The translations under genes and the position numbers were made by a program. A DNA stretch of 64,000 bases from an uncultured Candidatus Saccharimonadales bacterium (GTDB lineage: Bacteria; Patescibacteriota; Saccharimonadia; UBA4664): NCBI GenBank assembly GCA_964467655.1, contig CAYXSN010000007.1, forward strand, positions 682-64,681, read 5' to 3'. Positions within the stretch are counted from its first letter, which is position 1, and every line of letters begins with the position of its first letter. Of the stretch, positions 39,098 to 48,852 are shown piece after piece. A model generated the notes under the pieces. It searched no databases and was not told where the DNA came from. It saw nothing but the letters and a program-made list of their open reading frames with translations.

Positions 39098-40830
39098 GGC
39101 GCATATAGCTCGGCCGGATTGGTAGTGATAAGCGGGTGTTCCTTGGGCGACGCAATGACCCTGACAGCAACATGATTCTGGTCGGCAATAATCAGGGCAT
39201 CACCGCGTCCGCAAGTCAGTAAGAAACTCTCCTCATATTCGCTGAGATTGAATTCGGACGCGACACCTTTGATGGTTGTAGTGTCTTGTTTCATCAAGAT
39301 GCGCAGGCTACTTTGCGAGGCGATGGCACGGCCGTATTCACTATGCAGGAAGTCGTTCGCCTGCTGCGAAATGATGGATACGCCCAAGTAGTATTTGCGA
39401 GCACGTCGAACCAAACCAGATACAAAGCGGGCGCTTTCTTCATGCTCCAGCAGCATCCAGCCCTCGTCAATTACGAGCAACCGTTTTTCGGGCTTGGCCT
39501 TCACCTGATTCTGTACGAAGTTGGCGATAATCATCATCATGATCTGGCGCAGTGATTCGGGCAGGTCTTTGATGTCGAAGATAACCAGCCGGTTGTCTAG
39601 CTCGATATTCGTCTGGGCATTAAAGACGTGCGCCAATGTGCCGCTGATATATTTCTCTAGCCGTTCCCGTAGTTGGAGCTGGCCCAAATCCTTCAGCTCG
39701 GCATACAAGTCTTCAAGTAGTGGCGGTTCCTTTTTGGCTTTGGCGTAAATTTTTAAGATGGCTTTGTCTACGGCCGCCTTTTCGCGCGAGCTCAAGCCCT
39801 CGGCCATGAGCGAAATTACTTCGGTCAAATCCTGCGCATGCTCGGAAAGATCGCTTGCCGAGTGCGAGGTTGTGGCTAGATCGAACGGGTTGATCTTTTC
39901 GGCCGATTTTGCCGACAGTTTCACGTAGGTGCCGTTAACTGATTCTGCCAGGTTTTTGTACTCCCGCTCCGGGTCGATAACGATGACTTTGGTGCCTTGC
40001 ATGAGCTGACGCAAGATCTCAACCTTGGTGGCGTAGCTTTTGCCACTGCCGGATTGCGCAAATACGATGCTGTTGGCGTTATGTAGACTGAACCGATCAA
40101 GAATGACCAGCGAGTTGTTGGACTTATTGACACCGTATAAGATGCCTTTTTCCTGCACCAGCTCGGACGACATAAAGGGGAAGGCTAGTGCAGCCGATGA
40201 GCTGTCCAAGTTGCGCTTTTGGTTCAGGTCATCTTCGCCACGCGGCAAAACAGATTGCAGGCCCTCAAGCTGCTGGTAGCGTGCGGTCTTGATACTGAAT
40301 AGCCGCGCCGCTAGAGCGTTTTCGAGCATCTTGGTAACTTTGTTGAGCTCATCAAGCGAATCGGCCCGCAGGTTTACATAAATCGCCATCTGAAAGAGCT
40401 TTTCCTGGCCGCGCTGAATCTTGTCGCGCAACTCCATAGCCGATTCCAGCGGGTCAGTGATCTCGGAGCCGACAATCGCACCTTTGCGCATCATTGAGCG
40501 GCGGGTAGACTCTAGCTCGGTGATCTTGCGGTGCAGCTTTGGCAAAGCTAGCTGCGCATCAACTTCATGGATGTGGTAGGCGATGTCGGCGCTGTGGTTA
40601 AAGTGAATGAGGCTGTCGAGCCAGCCGGACGACGCCACAAACGGGTAGCCGGAAATAAACAGTGTACGGAGATACTGGCCGTCAAGCACTAAATGGTCGG
40701 CTTGTTCCTCCAGGCCCTCATACGAAAGGGCATCAACCTGGTCTTGCTCACCAAAGCTAAAAGCTAGCTCGCGCGGGCGTTCGTCTCGCCGCTTCTTCCA
40801 CTCGGCAATTTTTACCATAGGCTCGATCAT
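39094..40830 (-). CDS. virB4: VirB4-family T4SS ATPase, C-terminal (ATPase) part
   Basis: 578 aa; Walker A FAQSGSGKSY; Walker B LLVIDEGW; conserved VirB4 C-terminal motifs. Confidence 0.8.
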   Translation of the reverse strand: MIEPMVKIAEWKKRRDERPRELAFSFGEQDQVDALSYEGLEEQADHLVLDGQYLRTLFISGYPFVASSGWLDSLIHFNHSADIAYHIHEVDAQLALPKLHRKITELESTRRSMMRKGAIVGSEITDPLESAMELRDKIQRGQEKLFQMAIYVNLRADSLDELNKVTKMLENALAARLFSIKTARYQQLEGLQSVLPRGEDDLNQKRNLDSSSAALAFPFMSSELVQEKGILYGVNKSNNSLVILDRFSLHNANSIVFAQSGSGKSYATKVEILRQLMQGTKVIVIDPEREYKNLAESVNGTYVKLSAKSAEKINPFDLATTSHSASDLSEHAQDLTEVISLMAEGLSSREKAAVDKAILKIYAKAKKEPPLLEDLYAELKDLGQLQLRERLEKYISGTLAHVFNAQTNIELDNRLVIFDIKDLPESLRQIMMMIIANFVQNQVKAKPEKRLLVIDEGWMLLEHEESARFVSGLVRRARKYYLGVSIISQQANDFLHSEYGRAIASQSSLRILMKQDTTTIKGVASEFNLSEYEESFLLTCGRGDALIIADQNHVAVRVIASPKEHPLITTNPAELYAP

Positions 40831-41372
40831 GACTGCCCCTTTCGTATGTATGAGTTGTTAAGCAGCTCGGCAACCTGGTCGCTAATAGGCTGGCGCTTTG
40901 CCTGGGCAGGGTTGTAAAAGGTATGGAATAGATCAAGCAGCTCAAGATTGGCGAGCTGCCTTGTCCGGATTCCCAAGCGCATGAGCCCTTTGCTGACCAT
41001 ATCGGCATTAAGCGCTAATTGTTCTTTGGCGGTGTCGAAGTCACGGGCGGTATAAGGCAGGACGACATAGAAATGGCGCGACAGGATTCGGTTGTCTGCA
41101 ACCAGGCTTTGAACGAATTCCGTGTAGTTTTCGATTTGGTTGCGGTAAATTTCTTCCTTCTCGTCGTGCAGCAGCTCTTGGGTGTCGGCTAGGTACTTAT
41201 CCATATCCAGCTCGCGGATGCGAACGACGATCTCTAGCGGGCACGGCAACGAATCAAGAAAACTTTCGTACGTGTCAATGAGGGTATCCTGCTCCTCTTC
41301 GCTCTTGAGCTCGAAGTTAACCGGTGATACTTCAAGCACGACGCGGTATTGGTCACGGTGCAGCAAGAGCAT
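40827..41372 (-). CDS. VirB4-family N-terminal domain encoded as a separate ORF (ORF opens with TTG at 41501; ATG 41372 avoids overlap with upstream gene)
   Basis: MLLLHRDQYRVVLEVSPVNFELKSEEEQDTLIDTYESFLDSLP = CagE/TrbE/VirB4 N-terminal signature; stop TGA overlaps ATG of the ATPase ORF (ATGA). Confidence 0.55.
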   Translation of the reverse strand: MLLLHRDQYRVVLEVSPVNFELKSEEEQDTLIDTYESFLDSLPCPLEIVVRIRELDMDKYLADTQELLHDEKEEIYRNQIENYTEFVQSLVADNRILSRHFYVVLPYTARDFDTAKEQLALNADMVSKGLMRLGIRTRQLANLELLDLFHTFYNPAQAKRQPISDQVAELLNNSYIRKGQS

Positions 41373-41394
41373 ATTGCTCTTAACGCCTTTGATA

Positions 41395-41931
41395 TTAATT
41401 TGTTGCCGTGCCGAGGCTTTCGTCTGGGACTTCCGTAAGATGGACACGCAGCTCTCCTTTCTTGTTTGTGGTGAAGTGAATATTTGCAGTGGGGTTGGCA
41501 AGCAGGTCTTCTATTCGCACACGCTCGGCGGTGGTCAAATTGGCTTTTCTTGTCAGTGCCATAATTGGGGCGGCTACTTCCTCGGCTGCATCTTCATCTG
41601 GTATCATCTGCGACAGGGCTTCTCGGGTGTTGGGATCGTTTTTGTTGAACAGATAGTATTTTGGTCGCGCATTGTAGCGGATCAGCGTGATAGCCCAAAA
41701 CAGCAGAATCTTGCCTTTGATCCGGATTGCTAATAGTGCACTGAGCGACGCGACACAGATAATCAGCACGAGCTTGTAGATCGCGTAGTTAAAGAAGGGC
41801 GGCAAGATCACAAATATGGCGCTCCCGCCAAATATGGGTGATACCAGTAGCAAGAGCTGCGACAACCCAAGTCTGCCTGCAATCCTATCTTCGACAGTGG
41901 TGATCTGAGATGGAACAATGGTGGTTCTCAT
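41395..41931 (-). CDS. Small two-TM membrane protein, VirB3/PrgI-like candidate
   Basis: 178 aa; two adjacent TM helices; position immediately upstream of VirB4 as in Gram-positive T4SS operons. Confidence 0.4.
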   Translation of the reverse strand: MRTTIVPSQITTVEDRIAGRLGLSQLLLLVSPIFGGSAIFVILPPFFNYAIYKLVLIICVASLSALLAIRIKGKILLFWAITLIRYNARPKYYLFNKNDPNTREALSQMIPDEDAAEEVAAPIMALTRKANLTTAERVRIEDLLANPTANIHFTTNKKGELRVHLTEVPDESLGTATN

Positions 41932-43430
41932 TGCCGCTTCCTTCCTTTTGTTGACGGTTTATCTCCAGCATGGCTCGGGCCATCGGCGGCGGGCGTCTTG
42001 CCCGGACGGCTCGTTACCTGCGAGGTTTCGCCGGTGCTAAGCCCGGTTGATTTTGCGCGCGACCTGGTCGAATTGCGGTCGGCTGAAGAGTTGTTACCAG
42101 AGCGGTTCGTGTCGTCATTGCCATAGACTGGCTTCTTCGAACGCTTCTTCTGTGTGGTTTCCTCGCTGCTATTTTCGTCTTCTTCACTTCCGCCACTGCG
42201 TCGCTTTCGCCGACGCGGCCTGCGGAGATGCTCAAGGTAGCTCACGCCTCGTATGAACGACCCGGCCATCTCTCGCGCGGCATGGGGAGTGCTGGCGGCG
42301 TGCGACAACTCTTGCATGACTCCTTGCGTTTTGAGCAAGGCCAGCACGGTAGCTAGGCCTACGATGAGTGCCATAAGGGTATTTGGCTGACCGGCAGTAC
42401 TGTTTTGTAACATACCGCTAAAGATCGATGAAGCCAGCTGCATAATCACTACCTGGACAAACAGTACGAAAATAGTCATCAGGTAGGTTTTGAGTGCGCT
42501 GATTGCAAAATCCTTAAAAGCTGGCAGCAAGTACAGCAGCGCGACGATGGGTGATAATATCGCGCCAATGTAGAGCGTAATCAGACGCATAACGTAGTAA
42601 ACGAGCAACATGACCGTCAGGACTAAAAAGGCGAGCATGACCAGCAGCCCACCCAAGCCAAGGTCAGTTGATTTCTTGGTTATATCCGAGAGTAAATCCC
42701 AGATTGAGGTACTCGGAAAACCGGCTTGCAGCGCATGCACCATGCCATTAGATAGCCCAATGACCGCATCGATGGCAAACAGTGATGTATTCATGAGCAG
42801 GAACACAAACACTAGCTGTGGCAGAATTTGCTTGATGTCGAGTTCTTCAAAGCCAAAGGTGCTGAAGCTCATAACGTGGAAGCCGAGCAGGGCAACCACT
42901 AGGACAAACAACGCATCAGCAATGCCCACGACGGCTAGCCATAGGTTGAATACGTTCGAGTTTTCTCCCATAAGCGGCGTGCTGTTTGTAAAGTAGCCAA
43001 GCGCTTGCACAAAAGGCTCGCCGATTGACTTTATGATGTTCTGAATGACATGGATGATCGCCTTGGTAACAACATCGAAGAGGCTGGTTGAGGTGTCTTG
43101 CTGGATCGGTGCGAGCGTTGGTAGCCTATCGGTGACTGTACCGACCGATGAGCTATAAGCGTGGCTCAAAATTGCTGTGAGCGTCGCGGCTGCAATTACC
43201 AGCACCAGCCCAATGAGAGCATTCTTGATGATGCGCTTGGCGTGTTCCAGGTTCTCGGGCTTGCCTTTACTGGCCATGTATTCGATACCGCCAGTAACCA
43301 GGAAAAACGTCGAAACGAGCGTGGCAATAATGCAGAGGGTTGCAATCGCCGGGTTTAAAAACGACCGCATAGCATTAGATGCGGCTGTTGCGTCTGCGAA
43401 CAGTGCTATAGGCAGGCCAGCATGGAACAT
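41928..43430 (-). CDS. virB6: VirB6/TrbL-like polytopic membrane protein with N-terminal VirB2/TrbC-pilin-like domain and Arg/Lys/Ser-rich disordered C-terminal tail
   Basis: 500 aa; 6-7 TM helices; N-terminal ~100 aa paralogous to the pilin at 43434..43775 (GGIEYMASKGKPENLEHAKR...VLVIAAATL vs GGLGYITSSGNPEHLERSKH...AIVIAAFVI). Confidence 0.6.
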   Translation of the reverse strand: MFHAGLPIALFADATAASNAMRSFLNPAIATLCIIATLVSTFFLVTGGIEYMASKGKPENLEHAKRIIKNALIGLVLVIAAATLTAILSHAYSSSVGTVTDRLPTLAPIQQDTSTSLFDVVTKAIIHVIQNIIKSIGEPFVQALGYFTNSTPLMGENSNVFNLWLAVVGIADALFVLVVALLGFHVMSFSTFGFEELDIKQILPQLVFVFLLMNTSLFAIDAVIGLSNGMVHALQAGFPSTSIWDLLSDITKKSTDLGLGGLLVMLAFLVLTVMLLVYYVMRLITLYIGAILSPIVALLYLLPAFKDFAISALKTYLMTIFVLFVQVVIMQLASSIFSGMLQNSTAGQPNTLMALIVGLATVLALLKTQGVMQELSHAASTPHAAREMAGSFIRGVSYLEHLRRPRRRKRRSGGSEEDENSSEETTQKKRSKKPVYGNDDTNRSGNNSSADRNSTRSRAKSTGLSTGETSQVTSRPGKTPAADGPSHAGDKPSTKGRKRQ

Positions 43431-43433
43431 AGC

Positions 43434-43775
43434 CTATTTCCCGAACGCGCTTGTCGCCAAATCTGTCACGATGTTGCTGATTACGAAGGCGGCAATAACT
43501 ATCGCTAGGCCGATGCCGGAGTAGAGCAGGGTGTGCTTTGACCGCTCCAAGTGCTCGGGGTTGCCCGAACTGGTGATATAACCCAGACCACCGACAACAA
43601 AAAAGCCGGTCGCTACCAGACCGGCGAGGCCCGAAATGACCTTAATCACACTTTTGATAAATGTTTCAACCTGAGCGACGCCAGCGTCGGCGGCAAAAGC
43701 TGGGTGCGCCAGAACGAGCGGTGCGCCCAATGCCACGACAAGTATCACGATTTTTATATCTTTGAGTCGGCTCAC
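43434..43775 (-). CDS. virB2: VirB2/TrbC-family T4SS pilin
   Basis: 113 aa; signal peptide ending AFA; hydrophobic-Gly-rich core and second TM typical of TrbC/VirB2. Confidence 0.6.
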   Translation of the reverse strand: MSRLKDIKIVILVVALGAPLVLAHPAFAADAGVAQVETFIKSVIKVISGLAGLVATGFFVVGGLGYITSSGNPEHLERSKHTLLYSGIGLAIVIAAFVISNIVTDLATSAFGK

Positions 43776-43893
43776 GACAAACCCCCGCTCCGTTCTTTTA
43801 AGTCACTATCTCACTACATATACAACAGACAGTTTACACATGGTAAATATTATTTCAAAGCATAAGCAAAATTCTTAATGTATAATCTGTAAC

Positions 43894-44325
43894 ATGTACA
43901 AGCGATTTCTGGAGAAGCTTCGGAGAACTGACCGCAAGAAGCGGGGCGTAGTTCTTGGCGCAGCAGGCCTGGCGGTGATTATAATTGTCCTGTTGCTAGC
44001 ACAGCTTGCCCGGCCTGAACGCTCAGTAGCCGCGTACTGCAAGGTCTACAAGCAGGAAAAGACCCGACTCAGCGCTATGTCCAGTAACTCCAACCCCTAC
44101 CCATCGGGTGTATTCGACGTAAGTGTCACTGACGCAGCACAGATCGCTACCTCGTTCGGCAAGCTCGACCCGGTCGCACCCAAAGAAGTTGAGCCAGAGG
44201 TAAACAGCCTTCAAAAGCTCTACCAGGACATGCACGATAACCCCTCGCACGCAATTAACAATGCCCTCAACGGCGCGTCACTGGATGATAACTTAAAGAC
44301 TTGGACTGAGGCACGATGCAAATGA
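43894..44325 (+). CDS. Hypothetical membrane-anchored protein (divergent from T4SS operon)
   Basis: 143 aa; basic N-terminus and one TM; TGTATAATC 7 nt upstream of ATG. Confidence 0.4.
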   Translation: MYKRFLEKLRRTDRKKRGVVLGAAGLAVIIIVLLLAQLARPERSVAAYCKVYKQEKTRLSAMSSNSNPYPSGVFDVSVTDAAQIATSFGKLDPVAPKEVEPEVNSLQKLYQDMHDNPSHAINNALNGASLDDNLKTWTEARCK

Positions 44326-45167
44326 ATGACGGTGGCCTAGACAGGGGTGGCATTAATGGCGATATTACTCCGCCTGAACCGGGGAAATTGGCAAAGGGAG
44401 GCCAATATGGGCTTGAGATTGCCGGTGGCCTAGTGCCTTTCGTCGGTGGGGTTCTCTCGGCAACTGCATCGGCTTGGTCGGGTAAAGACCAAGAGCACAT
44501 CAATGATTTTTTCACTCATTGGATACAAATGCTCCGTGACGAAATCCTAGAGAAAGAGCGAACGATTATCGAGATCGCACAACGACTGGACTTACAGGAT
44601 CAAAAAATCGTCGAGCGCATGGAGAGCAAAGCCTACCAATCTATTCTCAAGAAAGCGTTTCGAGAGTGGTCTGCTGCCGAAAGTGATAATAAACGGGAAT
44701 ATGTCCGGAACATATTAGCAAATGCAGCGGCAACGGCTATGGTTAGCGACGATGTTATTAAATTGTTCCTCGACTGGCTGAAGGTTTACTCAGAGTTCCA
44801 TTTTCAGGTTATCAGTGCCGTTTATAACGAAAATGGAATTACGCGCGGAGGTATATGGAAAAAGCTAGGTAGGGAATCTGTGAGGGAGGACTCTGCGGAC
44901 GCAGATCTGTACAAATTGCTAATTCGCGACCTGAGCACTGGGGGCATTATCAGGCAGCACGTTGAACGGGACTACTACGGTAATCCGATTCGGCGTGCTG
45001 CGGTCAGGAGACCTAAGGGTTCTGGGCCACAACCGCCTGTGTCGGCCTTTGACGATAAAGAGCCTTACGAGCTGACGGAGTTGGGCCAGCAATTTGTACA
45101 CTATGCTATGACCGATTTGCCCCTGCGCATAGAAGCGCCCAGTGAGCCCATGTCGGCAGAAGCCTAG
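44316..45167 (+). CDS. Hypothetical protein
   Basis: 283-aa ORF, no recognisable motif. Confidence 0.35.
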   Translation: MQMNDGGLDRGGINGDITPPEPGKLAKGGQYGLEIAGGLVPFVGGVLSATASAWSGKDQEHINDFFTHWIQMLRDEILEKERTIIEIAQRLDLQDQKIVERMESKAYQSILKKAFREWSAAESDNKREYVRNILANAAATAMVSDDVIKLFLDWLKVYSEFHFQVISAVYNENGITRGGIWKKLGRESVREDSADADLYKLLIRDLSTGGIIRQHVERDYYGNPIRRAAVRRPKGSGPQPPVSAFDDKEPYELTELGQQFVHYAMTDLPLRIEAPSEPMSAEA

Positions 45168-45170
45168 CCT

Positions 45171-46142
45171 ATGATTTTTCCGACATTGTTTAGCCCCCTA
45201 AAAACCATAACCTTACCCGATGGGCTGTGTGTCCGTCCGTTAAGCCGCGGCACCCTAAAAGAGAAACATAGCTCGTTGTATTTAGATGCGATTATGTTGG
45301 AGGGGTATGAGAAGACCGATGGTTCTATTAAGAGTTGGGTTATATTCCACACGTTTATCTTAAATAGCAAGCATACGGCAGAACAATATGAGTGGTCATA
45401 TGGCGGCGGCAGGGATTTCGATTTAACCGACGACAAGCTTGCGAATCAGGTGGATTACGATCATATTTTGCCGTGGGTGTACTTTCACGGCAACGAGGCC
45501 GTAATAGGCGAAAAGGACGACAGCTATGCTGAACTTTATCAGAAGTATAAGGTGTTGCCAGCCGAGAAAATAGGCGTCATTCGCAACTATCTAAACGACT
45601 TTGGCAAGGCGTCCAGGGCGCGTACTATCAATCGTTCAATCAGCGATCCGTCCTATTGGCAGATGATGGTTTACTACTCGATTATTGAGAACATACTGGG
45701 CAGACAGACATTTTGTGGCGAGCAACATCAATGCGAAAAATGCGGTACTGCCAATATCTGCCACTATCCTACGTCCCCATTCGAGTGGACGAAAAACAGG
45801 CTCATAGAAATTACTGGCAGCGACGAAATCGCTGAAGCATATAGAGCTGTCATATGGGCTTTTCGGCAGAAGATTCGTCATGATACGGTTCATAGCGCAT
45901 TGACTCCAAGTGCAAGGGAGGGCTTGCCGCAAGATGAAGACAGGGTGCTATTTGACTTGGAACGTTCAATAGGCAATTACAAAACAGACCATCATGCTGT
46001 AGAGTCGCTTACTTGTATGCTTGCCGATATTGCACGGTTTTTATTGCTAGATGATATATATCAACTAGGAATATTCCCGGAACCGCGGCCGCTGGGAGTC
46101 GTGACGTTAAGGCAACCAGGCGTGGCGGTACGTGGCATCTGA
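45171..46142 (+). CDS. Hypothetical protein with CxxC...CxxC zinc-ribbon-like motif
   Basis: 323 aa; CGEQHQCEKCGTANICHY. Confidence 0.35.
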   Translation: MIFPTLFSPLKTITLPDGLCVRPLSRGTLKEKHSSLYLDAIMLEGYEKTDGSIKSWVIFHTFILNSKHTAEQYEWSYGGGRDFDLTDDKLANQVDYDHILPWVYFHGNEAVIGEKDDSYAELYQKYKVLPAEKIGVIRNYLNDFGKASRARTINRSISDPSYWQMMVYYSIIENILGRQTFCGEQHQCEKCGTANICHYPTSPFEWTKNRLIEITGSDEIAEAYRAVIWAFRQKIRHDTVHSALTPSAREGLPQDEDRVLFDLERSIGNYKTDHHAVESLTCMLADIARFLLLDDIYQLGIFPEPRPLGVVTLRQPGVAVRGI

Positions 46143-46195
46143 TACGGCGAACCCCATAATGGTGTGCATTCATGTCGCAATGTCCTTGTCGAACG

Positions 46196-46744
46196 TCACG
46201 ACCCCTTATTGGCTAAAAAGCCTTCGAGTTTCTTCAGGCCAATTCTTCGAAGCGAATAGGTAATCTGCTCTTCTTCGTTCATCTCGCCCCAGGTCTTATC
46301 TTGTCCATCGGGAACAAAGATGCCATCCGTGCCATAGCCGTTATCGCCGCGCAGCTCATGGGCAATGGTACCCTTCATGATTCCATCAAAGATCTCCACG
46401 CCATTTTCGTCGCAATAACCAAAACACGTTTGCGCATAAGCCACGCGGGACGAGTAATGATTGAGCAACCGACATAGTCCTTGTACTTGCAGTTCCTGCA
46501 GAAACCACTTAATGAGCGGGCCGGGTAACCTCCCAAGCGCTTCAAAGCGAAGAGAAAAATCTTCAACTAGGACGGGTCTTTGTAGTATCCGATAGGCTTC
46601 TTCTGCCTTAATCTTAACGACATCATGCGGGTTAAGTGATTGGATTTCAGGTAAATCAAGTTTATGGTGCCTTACCGGATAACCGAGATGCCATGATATC
46701 TCCTCGGCCTTTTTGGCATGACTAGTAATAAATGTGATGTCCAT
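46196..46744 (-). CDS. rdgB: Non-canonical purine NTP pyrophosphatase (Ham1/RdgB/ITPase family)
   Basis: ITFITSHAKKAEE...GTDGIFVPDG...TWGEMNEEEQITYSLRRIGLKKL matches Ham1 family pattern. Confidence 0.65.
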   Translation of the reverse strand: MDITFITSHAKKAEEISWHLGYPVRHHKLDLPEIQSLNPHDVVKIKAEEAYRILQRPVLVEDFSLRFEALGRLPGPLIKWFLQELQVQGLCRLLNHYSSRVAYAQTCFGYCDENGVEIFDGIMKGTIAHELRGDNGYGTDGIFVPDGQDKTWGEMNEEEQITYSLRRIGLKKLEGFLANKGS

Positions 46745-46747
46745 GGA

Positions 46748-47464
46748 TTATACCTCCGGCTGGAATTTATTCCGGCTCCAGTTCCACAATGCCGGATGGA
46801 CTCGGGAAGGGTTAATACCACTACCGCGCAGAAGTTCTTTCCATGCGGACTCAACCTCAAGTGGGGTTGCGCCTACTGGTGTAATACCGAGATATGCACT
46901 GCACTGCAACACATGAGTGTCGGGGATAATAGAAATTTCCTGAGCATTTTTGAACATTACGTCAGTATAGAGCGACAAAATAAAAGGCCAGTAGTTGGAG
47001 AGCTTCGGGCCCGAAAGATAAGGAAACCGCTTTCGATGAGTCTTTTGTAAAAGCGTAATAAGTTGACCTGCGTCACTCTCGGCCTCTTTGATGATATTTC
47101 GTGGGTCATCCTCGTAATACTCATGGAGCGTTTGCGCAATGGTTGTCCATATCAAGGTGTGCTTATTTGGCTGTAGTGCAAGTTTGTGCGCAGTAAGATC
47201 ACGGCGAGCTTGCTCTGGTGACGTTTCGGCTAGACGTTCTGGGGAAAAGACGTACCGCGTTGCTTCGTCATTCCAGGTTGCCAGCGCGGCAGCCCACATA
47301 GCTGGTGAACTACGCTGAAAGTTAATGCAAACGGGGAGGGTGAAGTATAAGTAATTTTCGCGGCTGCCTTTTGGTAACCCTGGGTTAACTTCGTGTTGCG
47401 CGAGCGTAGGTATTAAGCCTTGTTCGTATAAGGCCAGTAGGCGCTTTACTTTGTCTAGTTGCAT
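46748..47464 (-). CDS. HhH-GPD superfamily DNA glycosylase-like protein
   Basis: YLSGPKLSNYWPF (HhH, LxGxGxKxAN-like) followed by IIPDTHVLQCSAYLG (cf. EndoIII VDTHVFRV catalytic Asp). Confidence 0.45.
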   Translation of the reverse strand: MQLDKVKRLLALYEQGLIPTLAQHEVNPGLPKGSRENYLYFTLPVCINFQRSSPAMWAAALATWNDEATRYVFSPERLAETSPEQARRDLTAHKLALQPNKHTLIWTTIAQTLHEYYEDDPRNIIKEAESDAGQLITLLQKTHRKRFPYLSGPKLSNYWPFILSLYTDVMFKNAQEISIIPDTHVLQCSAYLGITPVGATPLEVESAWKELLRGSGINPSRVHPALWNWSRNKFQPEV

Positions 47465-47599
47465 AGCTTTATTGTACCTTTCTTGGTGACTTCTGGTACA
47501 GTCAGGCGTCTTCTGGAAGATAGTGCCAAGGCGCCCTGACGATCACTGGCGAATGCGGTGTCGGGTGTGCTCGAAACGCGGCAACATTAAGCTTGTCGT

Positions 47600-48052
47600 C
47601 TATTGCAGCAAGAAATGGCTCTTGAAACTAAAATGTTCGTTGGTAGTAATGATTAGATGGTCTCGTAAGGTGACGCCCAAGATCTGGCCTGCCGCTGCGA
47701 GCTGCTGCGTTACGTCAATATCTGCTTTGCTTGGCTGAGGTGAGCCTGAGGGGTGGTTATGCGCAACTATGACCGCTGCCGCTCGGTCTGTTAGCGGCCC
47801 AGCAAACACTTCTCTCGGATGAATTAATGCGCTTTCGAGTGTGCCGATAGTCACTACTCGTCGCGCGATGAGCCTGTGACCACTGTCTAACGAAAGAGAA
47901 ATCACGTGCTCCTGCTTTTTGTCGCGGAAATGCTCAAGGTATTTCAGAATATCAGGAGTGGTGCGCACGGGCTTGCTAACTGGTGGTACATAGGGGTTCT
48001 GGCATACGGGGCACACCTGGTCATCCCTGCAAACCTTTAGGTTGTCAGCCAT
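47600..48052 (-). CDS. radC: RadC-like JAB/MPN-domain protein
   Basis: VIVAHNHPSGSPQPSKADIDVTQQL (JAMM H-x-H-x7-S-x2-D motif); N-terminal CxxC. Confidence 0.75.
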   Translation of the reverse strand: MADNLKVCRDDQVCPVCQNPYVPPVSKPVRTTPDILKYLEHFRDKKQEHVISLSLDSGHRLIARRVVTIGTLESALIHPREVFAGPLTDRAAAVIVAHNHPSGSPQPSKADIDVTQQLAAAGQILGVTLRDHLIITTNEHFSFKSHFLLQ

Positions 48053-48479
48053 AGATTACGATTAACCCATCGCTGGGCATCCAACTAGTTAAAAGATGTA
48101 GTTTTATGCGACTAAACTCGTAGGTGATATAAGCGGTCTGGCATATTGAGGATGTCGCCACGAAGTCGTCAGCTGTAGCAAACGTTATATCTGCCGAGAG
48201 CATATCTTCAGGCGGCTTTGCTGAAAACCGCACGCTCTGCATGTGCGATAGCTGGTCATGCATTTTATCCGTGTATTCGCGGTTTAGAGTTCTGGTGCAC
48301 TCAGTTTGGTACTGGTGCTCTAGCTTGAGCCACTGTTTTTTAACGGCGGCCATCATGCCGGGTGGGTTATCTGTTACGACAATGGCACCACCGCGCCGAT
48401 TGGCAAAGTGACGAGCAACATCCTTGGAAAGAGATTGGCCCGGAGCCACATGTCTCTGTTCAACCCTAAGCCCGTGCAT
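48045..48479 (-). CDS. Hypothetical protein (upstream of, and overlapping, radC-like gene)
   Basis: 144-aa ORF, 8-nt overlap with radC-like start. Confidence 0.35.
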   Translation of the reverse strand: MHGLRVEQRHVAPGQSLSKDVARHFANRRGGAIVVTDNPPGMMAAVKKQWLKLEHQYQTECTRTLNREYTDKMHDQLSHMQSVRFSAKPPEDMLSADITFATADDFVATSSICQTAYITYEFSRIKLHLLTSWMPSDGLIVIYG

Positions 48480-48852
48480 CGCCTACCTCAGTGGCTATGC
48501 TTTGGTTCCAAAAAATGAGCAAAATAAATACAGCCCGCACGGCTGCATATTGCCGGTTTGTCATAATTTCCTAGCTTGGATTTATACTTGTATCTGGACA
48601 CACAGAACCCGCCGCCAGCGGGTTTGCACCCCATGACCCTTTCGAGCCATGACCAAGCTAAGATGCTGAACGACGGGATCAGTACCTAGCTTGGCTTTTA
48701 GACCATGCCATTGCAAGCAATGGTTTAGGTCTTTGAATTGTCCGCCCTTTTGAATTGTGGGCTTATACCTAATATATGATACCGGCTTGATAATGACAAG
48801 CCCTAACATTTGTTAGTGGTTGCTAACTTATGTTAGTCCTACGCTTAATATA

